From NCBI GenBank assembly GCA_030704615.1, contig CM060732.1, positions 63,302,001 through 63,366,000 of the forward strand: a stretch of 64,000 bases of DNA, read 5' to 3'. Below are positions 13,501 through 28,500 of this stretch, in pieces; position 1 is the first letter of the stretch, and each line of letters begins with the position of its first letter. The position numbers were made by a program, and so were the translations under genes. The notes below the pieces were generated by a model. It was not told the DNA's origin. It did not search any database and saw nothing but the letters and a program-made list of their open reading frames with translations. The stretch is from Takakia lepidozioides. Lineage: Eukaryota; Plantae; Bryophyta.

Positions 13501-16500
13501 TCTCAAAAAGTGCAGCATGATCAAACTCTGCCTCCAACTCATGAAGAGCGCAGTTAACTACCAATATGGTCAATACGGCTTACAAATTGTAGCCTCCAAA
13601 ACCACTCTCTTGAGGGCAGATCACAAGTCTCAAGCCACTGGTCAGAGACTTACTGTTGTTTGCTGCGATGCTAGAATTGCTTACAAATAGATCTCAACTT
13701 TGTGCCTTCCTCTACCACTCTGATACCAGTGAGATGAAAGTCTTTGTATTAGCTGAAGGCACTACTTTTAAGGTGCAGTAACATAGCCCAGAGGACCAAT
13801 TACTGTATCTCTTCTATTTTGCACAATTAAATGCCGGGGTTATGTCCTACAAAGGAAGTTTGCAAGTCGCTCATCAATCAACAGTAATCAAGGCAAGCAA
13901 AAGAGGAAAGACTTGAGATTCTTAAGTTAAACCTCTCCAAGCAGTTCAGTCGCTACAGCAATTTTCCCAAGGGATTTTGCTTCCTCAGCTTTGCTCTGCT
14001 TATAGGGGATCTCTTTCTCTAGCTTCTGGATAAATGCCGTCTTTTTCTCCAATTCTTGTGCTATGTCATTGACTGCACGCGCATGCTTCAGCTCCAACTT
14101 TGACCTCTCATTCAAACAATCGTCCTTCTCTGACAAGATCTCTTCCTTTTTAGCCTCCTGGTGCGGGTTTTGGAAAATGTCAGTTGGAAACCTAGTAGAA
14201 ATACTGGGTAAAAATAAAACCAAGTATATCAGGACAACAGGGCAGCTCAATTTTAAGCCTCTGGTTTCAGGCTTCTTGCTGACAATTGAAGAGATATATC
14301 CCAAACTGCCGTACACAGAATGGGGCACTCTTCCAACTCATGTAGATTGCATGATAAGAAACTATCTGTCGACACTCGACACATCAGATCATTCAAACAA
14401 TGGATAGATCTAAGAGACGGCTACACAGCCTGAGGCTCGAGCCTCAGAGGACATATTCTTATGATTATCCAAACGAATATTGGAGTACTCTCATCAAAAT
14501 ATTACTTCCTAGATAATTTTCCTTACGACCAAGAGAAGAAGACGGCTGGACAGCCTGAGGTTCATGCCTTGGAGGCCATACCCGTATGTTTATCCACCTG
14601 AATATTGGAGTACTCTGTCAAAATATTACTTCCTAGATAATTTTCCAACCAAGCTAAGTTTTTTAACATCACAGAGGGCCCATGTGACACTATATAAGAA
14701 CGTAGTAGAATCACTGAAACCAAAGAACAAATCAAACCCCAAGCATTGCACAGAATGAAGTGAAATGAAATGAAATGGTACTTCATAACGAATGAATGAA
14801 TGGAAGCTGAAAGAGCTTCTGGGACAAAAGAAAGTGCGAGACAAAACAATGTGGGGCCCTCATCAAGTAGCCAAGAAAGAACTCTTTTAACATCAAGAGT
14901 TCTCTAAAATGTCGAGCCTTATGTAGATATGCTGCCAGGCATCCCTGGTCCTTGCAATGAAAGACCCAGTGAGGGATTGGCTGTCTTGGGAAGCATGATA
15001 CAAGGAAGACAAAGATGAGAAGAAAGAAGGAAATTACTTCCATAGGAGGCCCAACGGCCCACGGGACAAAGTAGAACTACAAAAGGAGACATCAAGAAGA
15101 AATGAAATGAAATGGTACTTTATAAGAATGTACTCATAAGACTTTGCTGTAGCCTTGTGGCCATTGACCCCCCCCCCCAACTTTGAGCGGAACACAAAGG
15201 GACAGAAACTACCTTTGTCAGGGGCTGACACCGGTAGTATGACTTAACTTGAAACACCCATTGAACCAAGTTTTCCAGATATCCTCTGGAAATCCCTTCA
15301 CACAAACATCAATCTGCTGTGCATGTGAGTTGCCCAATAACTAGACCCACAAAAGCGCCTGGGCTTTTGGCTCTGCCACGAGATTTTCGAAGTTGGTGAG
15401 CCACAGGAACAATTCCCTTGATGAATTTGAAGAGGGTGTCTCTCTGGTGAGAGTACCCAGGACACTGCATCAGGAAGTGGATATTGTCTTCAGGTTGCCC
15501 ACACAAAGGGCACTTACAATTCCCCTTTCCTCTCTGCGTCTGTTTGCTGTTCAAAGGTAGGCTACCCGCCCTGAGTTTGAATTTAAGTCTAGTGCCGAGA
15601 GTGGGTAAAACCCTTGAGGTCATCTATGATGGCCTCACCCATAACACAGACTGGAAACAGGTTCAGGGAAGTTTTTTGCCTAACTTTATTTTCATCAGAC
15701 AATTTGCTGGCAACAGACAGGCTTTGGAAACTTCAGCATCCAAGTCACAATTATCCAGCAGGGCTTGCCGACTTAGATTCAGATGCTTGAAAATCTCTTC
15801 TACCCTCTTCCACCAGGGCTTAGCCTGTTTGACAGGGCGCTCCTGCTTCCAAGATATAGAGTCGATTAACTTAGGATATATGGTATTAGTCATACGTTGC
15901 AGCTGACCCACCATCAGACATTGAATTCATCACATCGACAGCTTAAGGGAGGAATGCCAAACTCACCCCGAACAGCCACATTAGCTGTTTTGGAGCATGC
16001 TGACATGCACTCCTTGGGCACCCCCACTTGAATGAATTCTAGAGACTTAGCCTGGTTGGAGTTATCATCCCACACAGCAGATGCGTACTCCAAGGTAGGC
16101 CTAATACCGCAGCAAAGCATGGTTTTTTTTCTACTTCAGTGGAAAAATTTAGTGAGACCCAACGCTTTATAAGAGTAAGAGCAAAAGAAAAAAGTGCTAT
16201 AATGTTCACGGGAAGGTCAAAAGCTGATGACATAAAGTAAAGTATGATCCAAGGGTGAAAAGGAAAAAAAGGAAGAATCAAAGTTTTGAATGCACACAGA
16301 TCACCCTGAGGGCTCAATGGACAAGACAGAACAACAAGAGATGAACATTAAAATACACCAAACGTTGCCCGGAGAAAGACAGAAAGACAGAAAGGAAATG
16401 AGAATAGAAGACTGAAATGAGATGGTACTTTATAATGTCCGTGAGAAGAGCTCATGGCACAAGAGGAAGGAAAATACAAGAAAGAGAGGGGCCACAAACC

Positions 16501-19500
16501 CCAAAAGAAATTAAAGCTCAAGGGATCATCTAAGAGCCAACGCTCCATGCAGGTAAGCTGCCAAGCATTTCTGATCCTTGTAATGTAAGACCTCCATGAG
16601 AGATTGAATATCCCAAAATAGACAATTGAATCTCCCACGGACCTCTTAGTATAAAGTGCAGTCAAACAAGAAATGTTCTTCACTCTCAATTTCCCTGTAG
16701 TTTCCCATGCAAGCAGGGCATAGTCGGTCTTCACATTCAAGATTTTCCCACCTACCAGACAGAAACAAACAGAAAAGAGAGGGACAAGAGAATGAAATTT
16801 ACTGCGTCTATGGAACCACTGAAAACAAACGAAGTGACGCACCTGTTTGTCTTTTAAGGCCCGAGCCTCCTTCATCTTCAGAAGCTTGTCAATCTCCAGG
16901 TCAAGAATGGCCTCCATCCGTTCCACATTGTTCACCATGCTACCCGGTGATGGCATCTCAGATAATGAAGTTAGCATCATCAGTCCCCTTTTAGAAGTAC
17001 TTTTGAGGGAGTGGTCATAAGCTAGGCTTCGCTCACGATTGCTTATTTTAGGACCTCCGACATCTGAATCCAGCATGCCAAGCTCCTTCAGCTTTTTATT
17101 GGCCACAGCTCGTTCTTCATTCTTTCTCCTTACCACAAGGCGTTGCTTCTGGTTCTCAATCTGCCATCATAGTCACACTTGTTTTACTGATTATTCAGGA
17201 ATTGTAACTAGAAGACTTGGGTGCGCAACCTGAATGGCAGAGGCACTTGTTTTCCTATGGTACTGATTTACTTCAAAAATGTCTAGCAACCACACCTGCA
17301 AACATGGGACTCCTCATGCACCTGGCTTGCCTAAACCACACTTAACTAGACAACAGCATTTGCTGTGGGTACAAAATGTCAGCCAGAGACCGGAAAGAAG
17401 TGAAATGATACTTTATAACATTCGATCAAAGCTCAAAAAGCTTATGGGACAAGAGAAAGCATGAACAAGAAAGAGAGTGGGGCAACCAGTAAGCAGCCCA
17501 ATGACAACTATTGATCAAGGGATGTCTAGGATTTAATGCTTTGTGCAGATATGCTGCCAGGATTTCTGATCCCCATAGTAGAACACCTCAGAGAGATTGG
17601 CTATCTGGGAATAGACAATAGTATCTCCATTGGTGTAGTAGAAAGGACGGTGAAAGAAGAAATGTTCTTCAGAAATGAAATGAAATGAAATGGTACTTTA
17701 TAACGTCCGTGGAAAGCTCAACGAGCTTATGGACAAAAGGAAACAAGAAAACGAGAAAGAGAATAAAGACAAAGAGTGAAGCCAGATGCAGCCCAAAAGC
17801 AACTACTGCACAGGGATTGCCTAAGCGTCAAAGCTTCGTGCAGATAAGCTGCCAAGAATTTCTGATCCTCATAGTGGAAGATAGAAAGAAATAATCATGA
17901 TAATGCCCTGTGGAAAGCCCCAAGAGCTTATGGGACAGTATGCATACAATTCTTGTACCATACCTCAAGATCACGCACTCTCTTAAGTTGGTTTTCAGAT
18001 TCACGCTTGAGAGTGGCCATGCTCTTCTGATGGATATCATGTTGGTCGTCATATTTCTCAGTTGTTTCCTTTATCTTCTTTTTCAGTGAATCCTGCTGTG
18101 CTCGCATCCGAGTGATTTCATGATGTAGCTGTTGCACCTGCCCAACCAGTGCCTAGCATTCAGATACTTACACTCTTACATCGACTAAGTCTATGTGCTT
18201 GAAAAGAGCAGGCCATCAAGAAGATATTGCTATCTGTCAAAAACACCCAATTTGCTTGCATCATTGGCTATAGCCTACCAGGTAAGAAACTCAATCTATA
18301 ACAGGGGTTATTGACTTACAATGGGAGTCTGCCTGCAAAGAAAGGGTGAACTTTCTTCATCACCATGAAAGTTGCACATGATTAACAGTCAACGAATTTA
18401 CAGTCAAGTGATGACTCCTAAGACTTGATAAATCTTTGAATACATTTTGAGCTACTGAGGCATACCTTAACATCGGATTTTGCCTTTTGACGCTCCAGAC
18501 GTTGGGACTCCTGCTCCCACCGCTGCTTTTTGAGCGCTATCAACTGGCCTGTAATTTTCTTCACTTTCTCTTCATACTGTTCACGTAACCGTTTCTTCTC
18601 CTCGACCCCCCGGACAACATTTTTGTCAATAGCATCTAGCTCCTTCTTCAATGCTTCAACCTCGTCCTCTTTCCGTCTCATCTGTGGCACATTGATGACA
18701 AGGCAAAGGAACAATGGGCATTGTTTACATAACATCAAAGCTCTACCATCACCACAGTAGCAAAAGTTGTGTGAATCTTTCCCTGCAAACCTGCTATCAC
18801 ACCATACCTTCTAAAGTTCACTGCTAGAACTAAGTTTCTTGTACCAGTCAAAAAATTCAAGTCTTCAATGGATTCCAAAATATTTATTAACTTCTTTTAG
18901 CGCATGGAGACATGCATATGCGACGCAGATTATGATAAAGGATGAAGGTAATAAAGTGTGAACCTCTGCTTCAAGCTCAAGCATGCGGGATTCATACTGC
19001 TGTGTCAAGTGCTTGGCCTCAGATTCATTGCGAGCAAGCTCCTGGATCAGCTCCTCCTTCTGTTGTATGCTGAATGCCAGCTCATGCAGTTGCTTATCCA
19101 TCACCTGTGTGCCCCACAGTGCTTCCCAACCCACACATCAACACAAAGTTAAGAGAACCCCAATCAGGGAGTTTATAAACAAGCCTTGACCCATTGGACT
19201 CCAGCAAAATACCAATAAATCCCTGCAGCAGTTTTGTTCACACTGTAAAAACTAGATCACAGCAAGTTTTTGGCCTACACTCAAAGCACCTAAGGCCCAC
19301 TTCTGTCCCTGGGCTTGTTTACAGTAATTGGGTAACTAGAGAGGATGGACAACAACATAAATGGATAACGACAAGCTCTGGTTCAAATTGCCAGAGAACC
19401 TGTTTACTCCGTTTGAACTCTCGCGTTTGAAAGCGCACATCTTCTTCTAAACGCAATTTTTGTTCTTCGATGGCCTTCTTCTCGGAGAGCAGCCTCTCCT

Positions 19501-22500
19501 TTTCCTCCTCTTCTGCCTGTTGATAGCCATCCATATGGAAAGAGTAAGAACTTTTTTCAAAAATGTTGAAGAGCCTGCTAGCTAGAATCCCTAAAACTTC
19601 AGCCATCTACCAAATTAACTCATCAAATGGAGGGGATTCCCAAATTCTTCTCTCATTGGGATTTCTCAAGATTTACATATGTATAAAAAGGGCTGGTCTC
19701 TAAAGGCAAAACTAATGATACAGAACTGATTTATAGAACCTATTTACAGCAGGAGCCTTGCCCTCATATGTATAATATTGTACTTTGTATTGGAAAATGG
19801 CCTGACCTAGCAAAACCACTTTATCCGTCTGTAAGCCTGTCTAGAATCTCTCTGGCCTTCTGTGGATATGGATTATATATATATATATATATATAGTTCC
19901 CCTTCAGTGTATTAAAACAAAGTAAGATCTAGGCTCAGAAAAAGGGACCTTCATCCTCTCTGTCAGCTCCTCAAGGCGTGTCTGGCCATCAGTATCAAAG
20001 CCTGCCATCAAAGCTGCATCTCCACCTTCGCTCATGTCACATCTCGACTGTCATTTTGCCAACATGTGTGTGAAAACACTTCCATCCCAGCTTATAGTTT
20101 TGGAAGAAATTAGGTAGCATGGAGCAGGGAGCGATCAAGACTCCAGATTTTTGGGTGTAAGAGAGAGGCGGAAGACATGTTGATTGACTCTCTCGTGTGA
20201 ACATGTACAGTTCCTGTGGGGGTTACTGGCCTCACTCACAACAATTTTACCCAGCTCTTGCACAGCCAACAACAAACTGTTTAGAAAGTTGAGAGTTCAT
20301 TAAACGACTGTCATTGACAAGATACTGAAAAATGAGGAGAAATGAAATGAAATGGTACTTTATAGCGAAAGAAAGGTAAGGAAAGATTTCAAAAAATCCA
20401 AGGAAGCTCAAAGAGCTTATGGGACAAAACCCAAGAATGCTGCGGTATTTCTGGTCCTTGTAATGAAAGACCTCAGTGAGAGATTGGCTGTCCCAGAATA
20501 AGCCAAAGAATTGACTCCGGATCTCGTAGTAGAGGACAGTGAAAGAAGAAATATTCCTAATTCTCTGGCACAAACTGGGCACAAGCAGTCAGCGTCCTCC
20601 AGGTTGTCCCCTCTACCAGTCTGTATCCGCCCAGCCTGAATCTTCCCAATGCCTGTAGAAGAGATAGAGATAGAGTTGCAGTTGGGCTGTCAAATTCTAC
20701 TGACACGGAGGAAGGGGTATGCCTCTTTGTGGAGCTGCGGCATTGTTGTAAGAAAGTCAGAAAGAAAGCAAGATAGACAGGAACTTAACAAACCAGATTA
20801 GAAGAGAAATTCATTACAAGATCTGCTCATTAGTCCCAGTAGTCTCATGGCTAGACCTGCAGCAAAAGACAGATATACATAAACTTTATACGTCCACGGA
20901 CGAGCCCTGAGGTCCCATGGGACAGTAAAACCACATCAAGAGACTCACATGCTGACCAGGAAACACAGTTACTCATGCAGGTAAGCAAACATGTTTGGTC
21001 CTCGAGACACCATCCTACCGGGGACCCTGAAGGCCCATGGGATTGGAGTAGGAAACTTGAAACCCTCAGCGCAGAGAACTAGGGGATAGGGAAGAAAAAG
21101 TAAAGCTCGTGATACCTCATCAATGGCATCAGTGCACTCGCCAAGATCATTAGAGACCTCTGGCTTCAACCTTGATTTGAAGCCAGGCACACTGGCACCG
21201 TTAATGATGGTAGCATCCGGGCGTCCAGACTGCCAAGCTTCTAGTGACAACCGAAGCATGGCCAACTCATCTTCCTTGGCAAAGGCCTCCTGAGACATTC
21301 TTGCAATAATTGTAGCATCTTTCTCCGCCTTTTGCAACAAGGCCTCTTTCTCGTTTGCCAAATCTCTTGCCAGCTTCTTCAGGGCCTTGATCTCCTTCAT
21401 CTGTACACATAACCACCATATGATGCTTCATACATGGGCACTGTCTGCCCACGTGTCATTGGTTTCTACCTGCGTCAGCAGTTGTCCTACACAGGAGAAC
21501 AGAAAACAGTGCCAACAGCAAACAGAAGAAGGAAGCGGGTAGGAGAAACTAAGAAGATAATGAACTCCTAACACGACATAGATAGTGCACTCATAACATT
21601 GTGCTGTCAATCGCAAACACGCAGACTATCATCTTTCATCATGTGTGGACTCCCTACTGACTACATCAGCTCACAACAGTGGATGTGAATCACATATAAT
21701 ACTATGCTTGAATTCATGGTCATATCGTCAGACAAATCTTTGAACAGAGTTTTGGAAGGTTGACAACCAGTCAAACAGACAGGCATATTAATCTCAGCTG
21801 CTCATCCTTGACAACTCAACTGCATACTCAAATATACAAGATATGTCAAGAGTCACCTTCTCAGCAAAAATACGCTCATCTCTTGCAAGATCTTCAGTAG
21901 CTTCCTTGAGGGCCTCATCTTTTCCTTTTACATCAATTTCCTTGACTGCAAGACACTCTTCCAACACACGAATCGTGCGTAGATGTTGGTTTATTATGTT
22001 CCGTGTGCCTCTACTGGTCCTCCCAGAGAGACAATTGATTCCCTGCATTGAGAGCCCATCAAGTATCTCAGAGAGGGGTGAACTAGAGCCAGCATAGCGT
22101 AGCAGCCATGCCTCGTACCACAAAGAAATCAACCTGAGCCCCAGCAGGGAGTGGAATCGCCAACTTGATAAAAATACGTTTCACCTACAACAGCCTCTCA
22201 AGTAAATTCACAGAGCTTGACTAGAAGCCTAAGGGAAATTGTGATGATTTGACCAACCCTGGTATCTGCCTTTGCCGGGGACAGTAGAAAGTCCCTCACA
22301 GTTGCGACAGCTTGGCTATCATCAGGCTGAGACTTGGGCCTCCCATTTGAGACACCACATTTCTCTCGTGTACTTCCTCTGTCTGTGAGTAGATTCAAAT
22401 CTTTCTGCAAAGTCCCTCTTCTTGGAGCCGCATCAGCACTAGCAGGTCTGTCAATACTACACGGTGAAAGTGAGTGCGTCCCAGATCCATTACTCTCCCC

Positions 22501-25500
22501 GTCGATCTCCCCCATAACCCTTGTAGTCATATCCAGTAAATAGATCTTAGCCGTCGTGTTGATGTCTTTACAACCTTCCCATTGGGGAACAACTTGCATT
22601 AGTGACAACATCTCCGCATTGACCTCATCCAATTTCATCTGCAGGGAGTACGTACATTGGCTAGTCAAAGTAGGGCCTCTGACAGGCACAAAAAGAGTAC
22701 TACCACTGTCATCTGTAGTATAAGCTATAAGACATGTGATTACTTTCAAAGGGAGACGCCTGTGGACCCAGGTTGCATCTGTCTCTGTAACACATGGCTC
22801 TTGAGCTTCTTGAGCATGGTGATGCGGGCTTTGTTTGTACTTCAGCTTTGCTTTCTCTCACGAAGATCATGCTGGGATATGCTCTGTCTCCTACGGACTA
22901 TAATGGGCATCAGTTTGCACTGAACAGAGACTCGTCATATCTTTGTCTCAGAATCTGGAGGAGAGAAAGAGGAAGACAGGTGGGGTAGGGATGGACAAAA
23001 ACAGCTGAATGAGGACCACCAAAGTAGAGAAAACTGTGTGTGACGGGCATTGTATGACCTGATAGTGGTCACGCTCAGTGCGCAGCTCCAACATGTCCTC
23101 TTGCAGCTTGCTAACCAAAGAGCGTGACACCTGCATCCCTCTCCAGCACACATTTTGTTGTATTGATTTCTCTGAAAAGAGGGAAAAAGGGCTGGGGGGC
23201 TTCAGAAAGACGACATTGGCTGTAGCCTTGTGGCATCCACGCTGCTCGAAAAGAATGTATTCATAAGAAGTTGTTTGCACGTCACTTGAAAAGAGAAATG
23301 AAAAGAAATGGTGCTTTTTAGAGAGTGAGAGAAAGAAAAGCACGAAAGAAAGGAACTGCAGAAAGAAACATGCAGGGCTGCAAAGGCCCACAGAGCAAGG
23401 TACAACATACCAAGAACTACATAGGAAAAAACTTCTTTTGATCAGGGGTCCCTGACAGCCCATTGGATTAACTAGCAATATGAGGAGACATTAATAATGG
23501 TAAGGCTCGTGAATGCACACATCTATGTCTTGCATCAATTTCAGGCACTCCTGCTCCCTTTCTCGGCTTTTACGACGCACAGTCTGAAGCTCAGCTGTCA
23601 CATCCACTGAGATATCTGCCCTTGCCCTTCCGACCACACAAGAAGAAAGTCAGCATCCTCAACCTTACATACAGTAGGGAAAACATGGCAATATCCTGTG
23701 ACCCCTTCTCCTTCAGTGGACATAACAAATTTCTTTTATGAAGTACATTCCATTCCATTCCATCTTACGCCCCTCTCATGCTCTATGCCAACTAGGCTAG
23801 GGTCTGTGGCTGCAACATTACAGCAAGTGAGCCACTTTTCCCTTGTTTCACTCACTCATGAGGGCCTGTTAGCAGTGATAGGGATTTGACTAGCAGTTCT
23901 GAGGGAACCCAGTACTACAATCTACACAAAAGTCACAGATAGAAGATGCACATTACACTCATAATTATGATGCAGTATAAAAGTCTATTAAAAGACATGA
24001 AATGAAATGAAATGAAATGGTGCTTTATAACGTCCGCAGAAAGCTCGTAGAGCTTATGGGACAAAATGGAAGAAAACATGAGAGAGGAACAAATCCAGAA
24101 ACCAAGAATCACAATTAATGTTCTAGCGATTGTCTAAGGGTGAAGGCCTCGTGTAGGTAGGCTGCCACGCATTTTTGATCCTCAGTGTGAAAGACATCAG
24201 TGAGAGTTTGGGTTCCACTGAATAAACAGTGAAATCTCCCACGGATCTCGTAGTATAGAGGGCAGTAGAAGAAGAAGTGTTCTTCAGTTTCAATTTCCTT
24301 GCTGCGCCCTATGCAAGCTGGACATAGGCGGTCCTCCCATTGCAGGTTTTCCCATCTGCCAGTCTCTATCCGTAGGTTGTGGGAACCCACCCTGAACCGC
24401 CCCAATGCCCTCAAGAGGGAAGGAGATAAGGGTGCTGAAAGGTAATTTGGTCTCAAGATTCTATCATCGCGGAGCACCAAGAATGTCTCTCGATAGAAGT
24501 GGAGCTTTGTCGTGAGATTGGGTAGCATCCAAGTTCTCTTGACATGTAATTCCATAAGCTCTCTCCGAATGAGTCTGTTGCGGTCATGTCTGGATGTGAT
24601 GTCCACCTCATCTGGGTTCATTGGTAATAGGAAAGCAGTAGAAAGTCCGTTACGTTGAAATAAACTGTCCACTCGAGCATACCAGGAGTTCCTGAAACCT
24701 GCAGCTTTGAGCCTCATAGATGTTGTGAGGGCCCTTGCCACTAGCCCTTTGGGTGGAAGGGCCTGCAATCTATGGAGAAAGATTGTAAGCCTGAAGAGGG
24801 CCTCGGATTGCAATGGTACACATGCGAACTCTGCACCTAGGATCTGAGATGGAGTTGTGCTCCTGGCGCCAAGCATTGCTTGGAGAAAAGATGACTGTAA
24901 TGGTTCCAAATTCTTTTCCCACCAGGAGACAGGGACACCAGGTGCCCAGAACTCACAACCATAGATGGTAGCAGGGCTGACGACGGTGTCAAACAGCCAC
25001 TTTTTGGTCGGGGATGCTGCAGATGTATTTGCTTGCATTTGGCCTGAAGGCGGGCGGAGGCCGCCTTACCTTTAGTCAACCTGTCCAAGGCAGTGGCTGC
25101 AAAGTGAAACTTGGGGAGTGGATAACCAGACCTAGGTACCGGTATGATTTCACAATCTCAATTTCCTGCTGGTTGAAGATGAATCTACGATCAGCCTGGC
25201 CATTGAAGACCATGATCTTGGTCTTGCTAAGATTGACCTGCATCCCATAGTCTTTGCAGAACTGTTCCAAAATTTTGAGATGGCGTTGCAGAAAGACCGG
25301 GGATTGTGCCAAAAGGGCAACATCATCAGCATAGAGGAGATCTGATTGGGTTGGTCCCCCATCCAATGGGACCCCAACCCCATGGTTTTTTGATATGTAA
25401 TTCTCCAAGGCGTCAATGTAGATCCCGAACAGGGTAGGTGAAAGGGGCAGCCCTGTTTGACTCCAATGTTGCTGTGGATCTCGGCTGAGAATTCACCAGC

Positions 25501-28500
25501 GACGTTGACCATGCCAGTGACAATCTCATACATAGAAGAGATGGCACAAAGGACGTCTGGAGGGACTTCCACTCTATGGAGCCGTTGGAAGAGAAGGTCC
25601 CGAGGAACTGAATCAAAGGCTTTGTGAAAGTCCACGAAGCAAACATAGACCATTCTTTTGTCATAGCGTGCACTTTCCACCATAACTTGAAGAGTGAAGA
25701 TGTGGTCAATAGTGGATCGGTTTCGACGGAAACCAGCCTGTCCCTCAGCACGAATGCGAGAGTACTCAGCCCAATCATCCAGTTCCATGGCCACTACTGC
25801 CCCAAACAGTTTAGCAAGTAATGAGGACACCATGATAGTACGATAGTTTGTCGGTGCGAGCCTGTCACCGCTCTTAAAAAGTGGGTGGATGATGCTCTTT
25901 GTCCACTCTGTTGGAAAGCCCCGTTGCACCACCTCATTGAAGAGGTTAACTATAAAAGGGGCTAAAGTAGGTGCAGCATGCTTGATGAATCCACTCTGAA
26001 GTCCTGAAATGTCCACCGCTCTGCCATTTTGCAGCTTCTTGATTGCCTTACTGACATTGGCTGTAGTAAAGAGAGAGAAGTAAAGGATCCACCAGAGAAA
26101 TGAAATGAAATGAAATGGTGCTTTATAACGTCCACGGAAAGCTCATAGAGAGAAAGAAAGCCCTTGGGTTGTTGTGTTGGGGCACAGTAGGTGCAGGGTT
26201 ATGAATCTACACACGCCAAGGGCACTAGCAGAAATAGCATGCCTGATATCAGCCAAAAATTGCTGATGTGATTCATCTTGGAGAAGTGTTTCCAAGCTTT
26301 GGGGCCCACTAACTGGTTCCAGCCCCATGCTGCTCATCCGCATGTTCAACAATTCCACTTGTAACACCTGCCCCAAAGAAGTCCTTTGCCAAAATGTTAG
26401 TGGGTTGAGAAAGATCTTTGTGTTTCTTCCTAAAGTGCTTCCACACTCTTGGCTCAAAAGCTCTGTGGGCTTCACGTGGCCGTTGTTCATTTCCTTCCTT
26501 CCATTTCTTTACCTCTTCATTTGTTTACCTCTTTTGTCCCCAGTCAACTCCCCTAGTCAACTCCTCCTTCCACCCCTTCATCTTCTCGTCAACTACCCCT
26601 CAATATTTTGTAATCCTCTTGGGCAAATCTACCACCACTACTAAGAGGATTCTGGGTTCTGTGTTAGGCTTTCTTTCTAGTAAACTGAGGAAGGAACACC
26701 ACGCACCCGCACTTCTTGGCGCAGCTGATTAAGCATGACAGCCTGAGGGTCACGGTTGATGACTGGCTTGTTGCGAATGTTGCGAGCCCGGTTAGCATAC
26801 TTTAAAGTGTTCAATGTCTCCTCAAAATTTGTGTCCGCTGTGCTGTTTCACATGGCAATGATGAAGATAACTGATTATGAGATGCATGTATGATCAAGCA
26901 TCAAGGCTCTACAACCTAGGAGATGGAGAAAAATGCATAGTTTACATCATCATTTCAGTTTCAATTGCTTTGACTGCAGAACTCCCATCAGCCATACTTA
27001 AGAGCAACTTCAGCCTTCTCAAAGGCCAGATGTGGTGGTGAAGCAGTTACTAGGAACATAGACTCTGGCTAAGTCCGAGAAGGTGGCTAGATATATGGAA
27101 GTACCCCCTTCAAAATCATGCTACCCTAACAACAAGGTACATTTTTCTTCTTTTCCTGTTAGGAAAAGAGAAAATGCTTCTTGCAGATGCACAGAAGAGT
27201 AAGGCCAGAGCTATCTAGAGATTTCTCGATTCTATCCAGGGGAAGTACCACGATAAAACCCCTGATATCTGAAGAGATAATTGGTCCTCAGAAGAAAGTA
27301 ATCAGGTGCATCACCCACCTTCACCATACAACACACAAGACCGCCCATGGAAATGTTCTTTATAGATACAAGTTATAGCGTTCAGGTAAAGGCATGAGAA
27401 AGAATAATTAACTGGTGTGATGGTACCTAATGCAAGCGATCATGCATGTCCTGCTGTTTCCACCAAGTGAGTCCTGCCACATTGCCACTATCCAGCATCT
27501 GTTATGGATGGTCCAAGAAAATGTTATCAATGGAACGCTTTAGGCCAGCACTGAATACACTACCCTCAATAATCTCATACTCCTAACTGTCCAAAATCTA
27601 CAAAAACATTGCCTTCAAGAAGAGCCCGTAGAAGTAACAATGTACTCATAAGACGTCGTTTGCCGTAGCGTTGTGGCTACAGACCCCGCAGACACTACCT
27701 TTGTGAGGGGCTCACTCCAGTAGTGGGACTTACCTTGGTATAACAAATGGTTTGGGCTTTCCAGATTTCCTCTAGAAAGCCCTTCACATAAGCATCAGTC
27801 TGTTTTGTGTGAACTGCCCAGCAATTAGACCCCAACAGGGCCAGGGCTTTAGGCTTAGCCTTGGGATCTTGACAGTTGCTGAACAGAGGTGCAGGGACTA
27901 TGTTCTTGATGATCCTGAAGGTGGTCGCTCTCTGATGAGAATACCCCCCTTTGCATCTATTTACTGTTCAATGCTGAATTTAAATTTCAGCATGGTGACG
28001 AGGGTAGGTAGGTCCTTAAGGTCCTCACCCATGTCAAGTTTAGGGAAGTTTTATGCCTAACTTTGTTTTATTTTACCGTTGTTCGTGCTGCCAACATCAA
28101 GTCAGCTTCATCTATATATAGTCGATTATTTTAGGGTATCTGGTATTAGGCATGCGATTCAACTGACCCTACCATCTGACCTTGAACTCATTACGTTGAG
28201 AACTTACACGTTAACTATTCTATAGCACGCTGATGTGCTATCTTTGAGCACCGAAAGCTGAATGGATTCTGAAGTTTTAGAGTTGCCAACGCACACAGCA
28301 GATGTGTCCAAGGTAGTCCTAATAACGTAGCAAAGCATGGTCTTTCACTATTAATCCCTCTGCAGTGGAAAATTTAGCAGGACCCAAGCCTTGTGTTCAG
28401 CTGTTTGCACCACTTTCTGTATATGCACATCCCAGTTACAACTGAAGGAAAACTCAAGATATGGGATCTCTTCGCTGACCCACATCCATTTTACATCCCT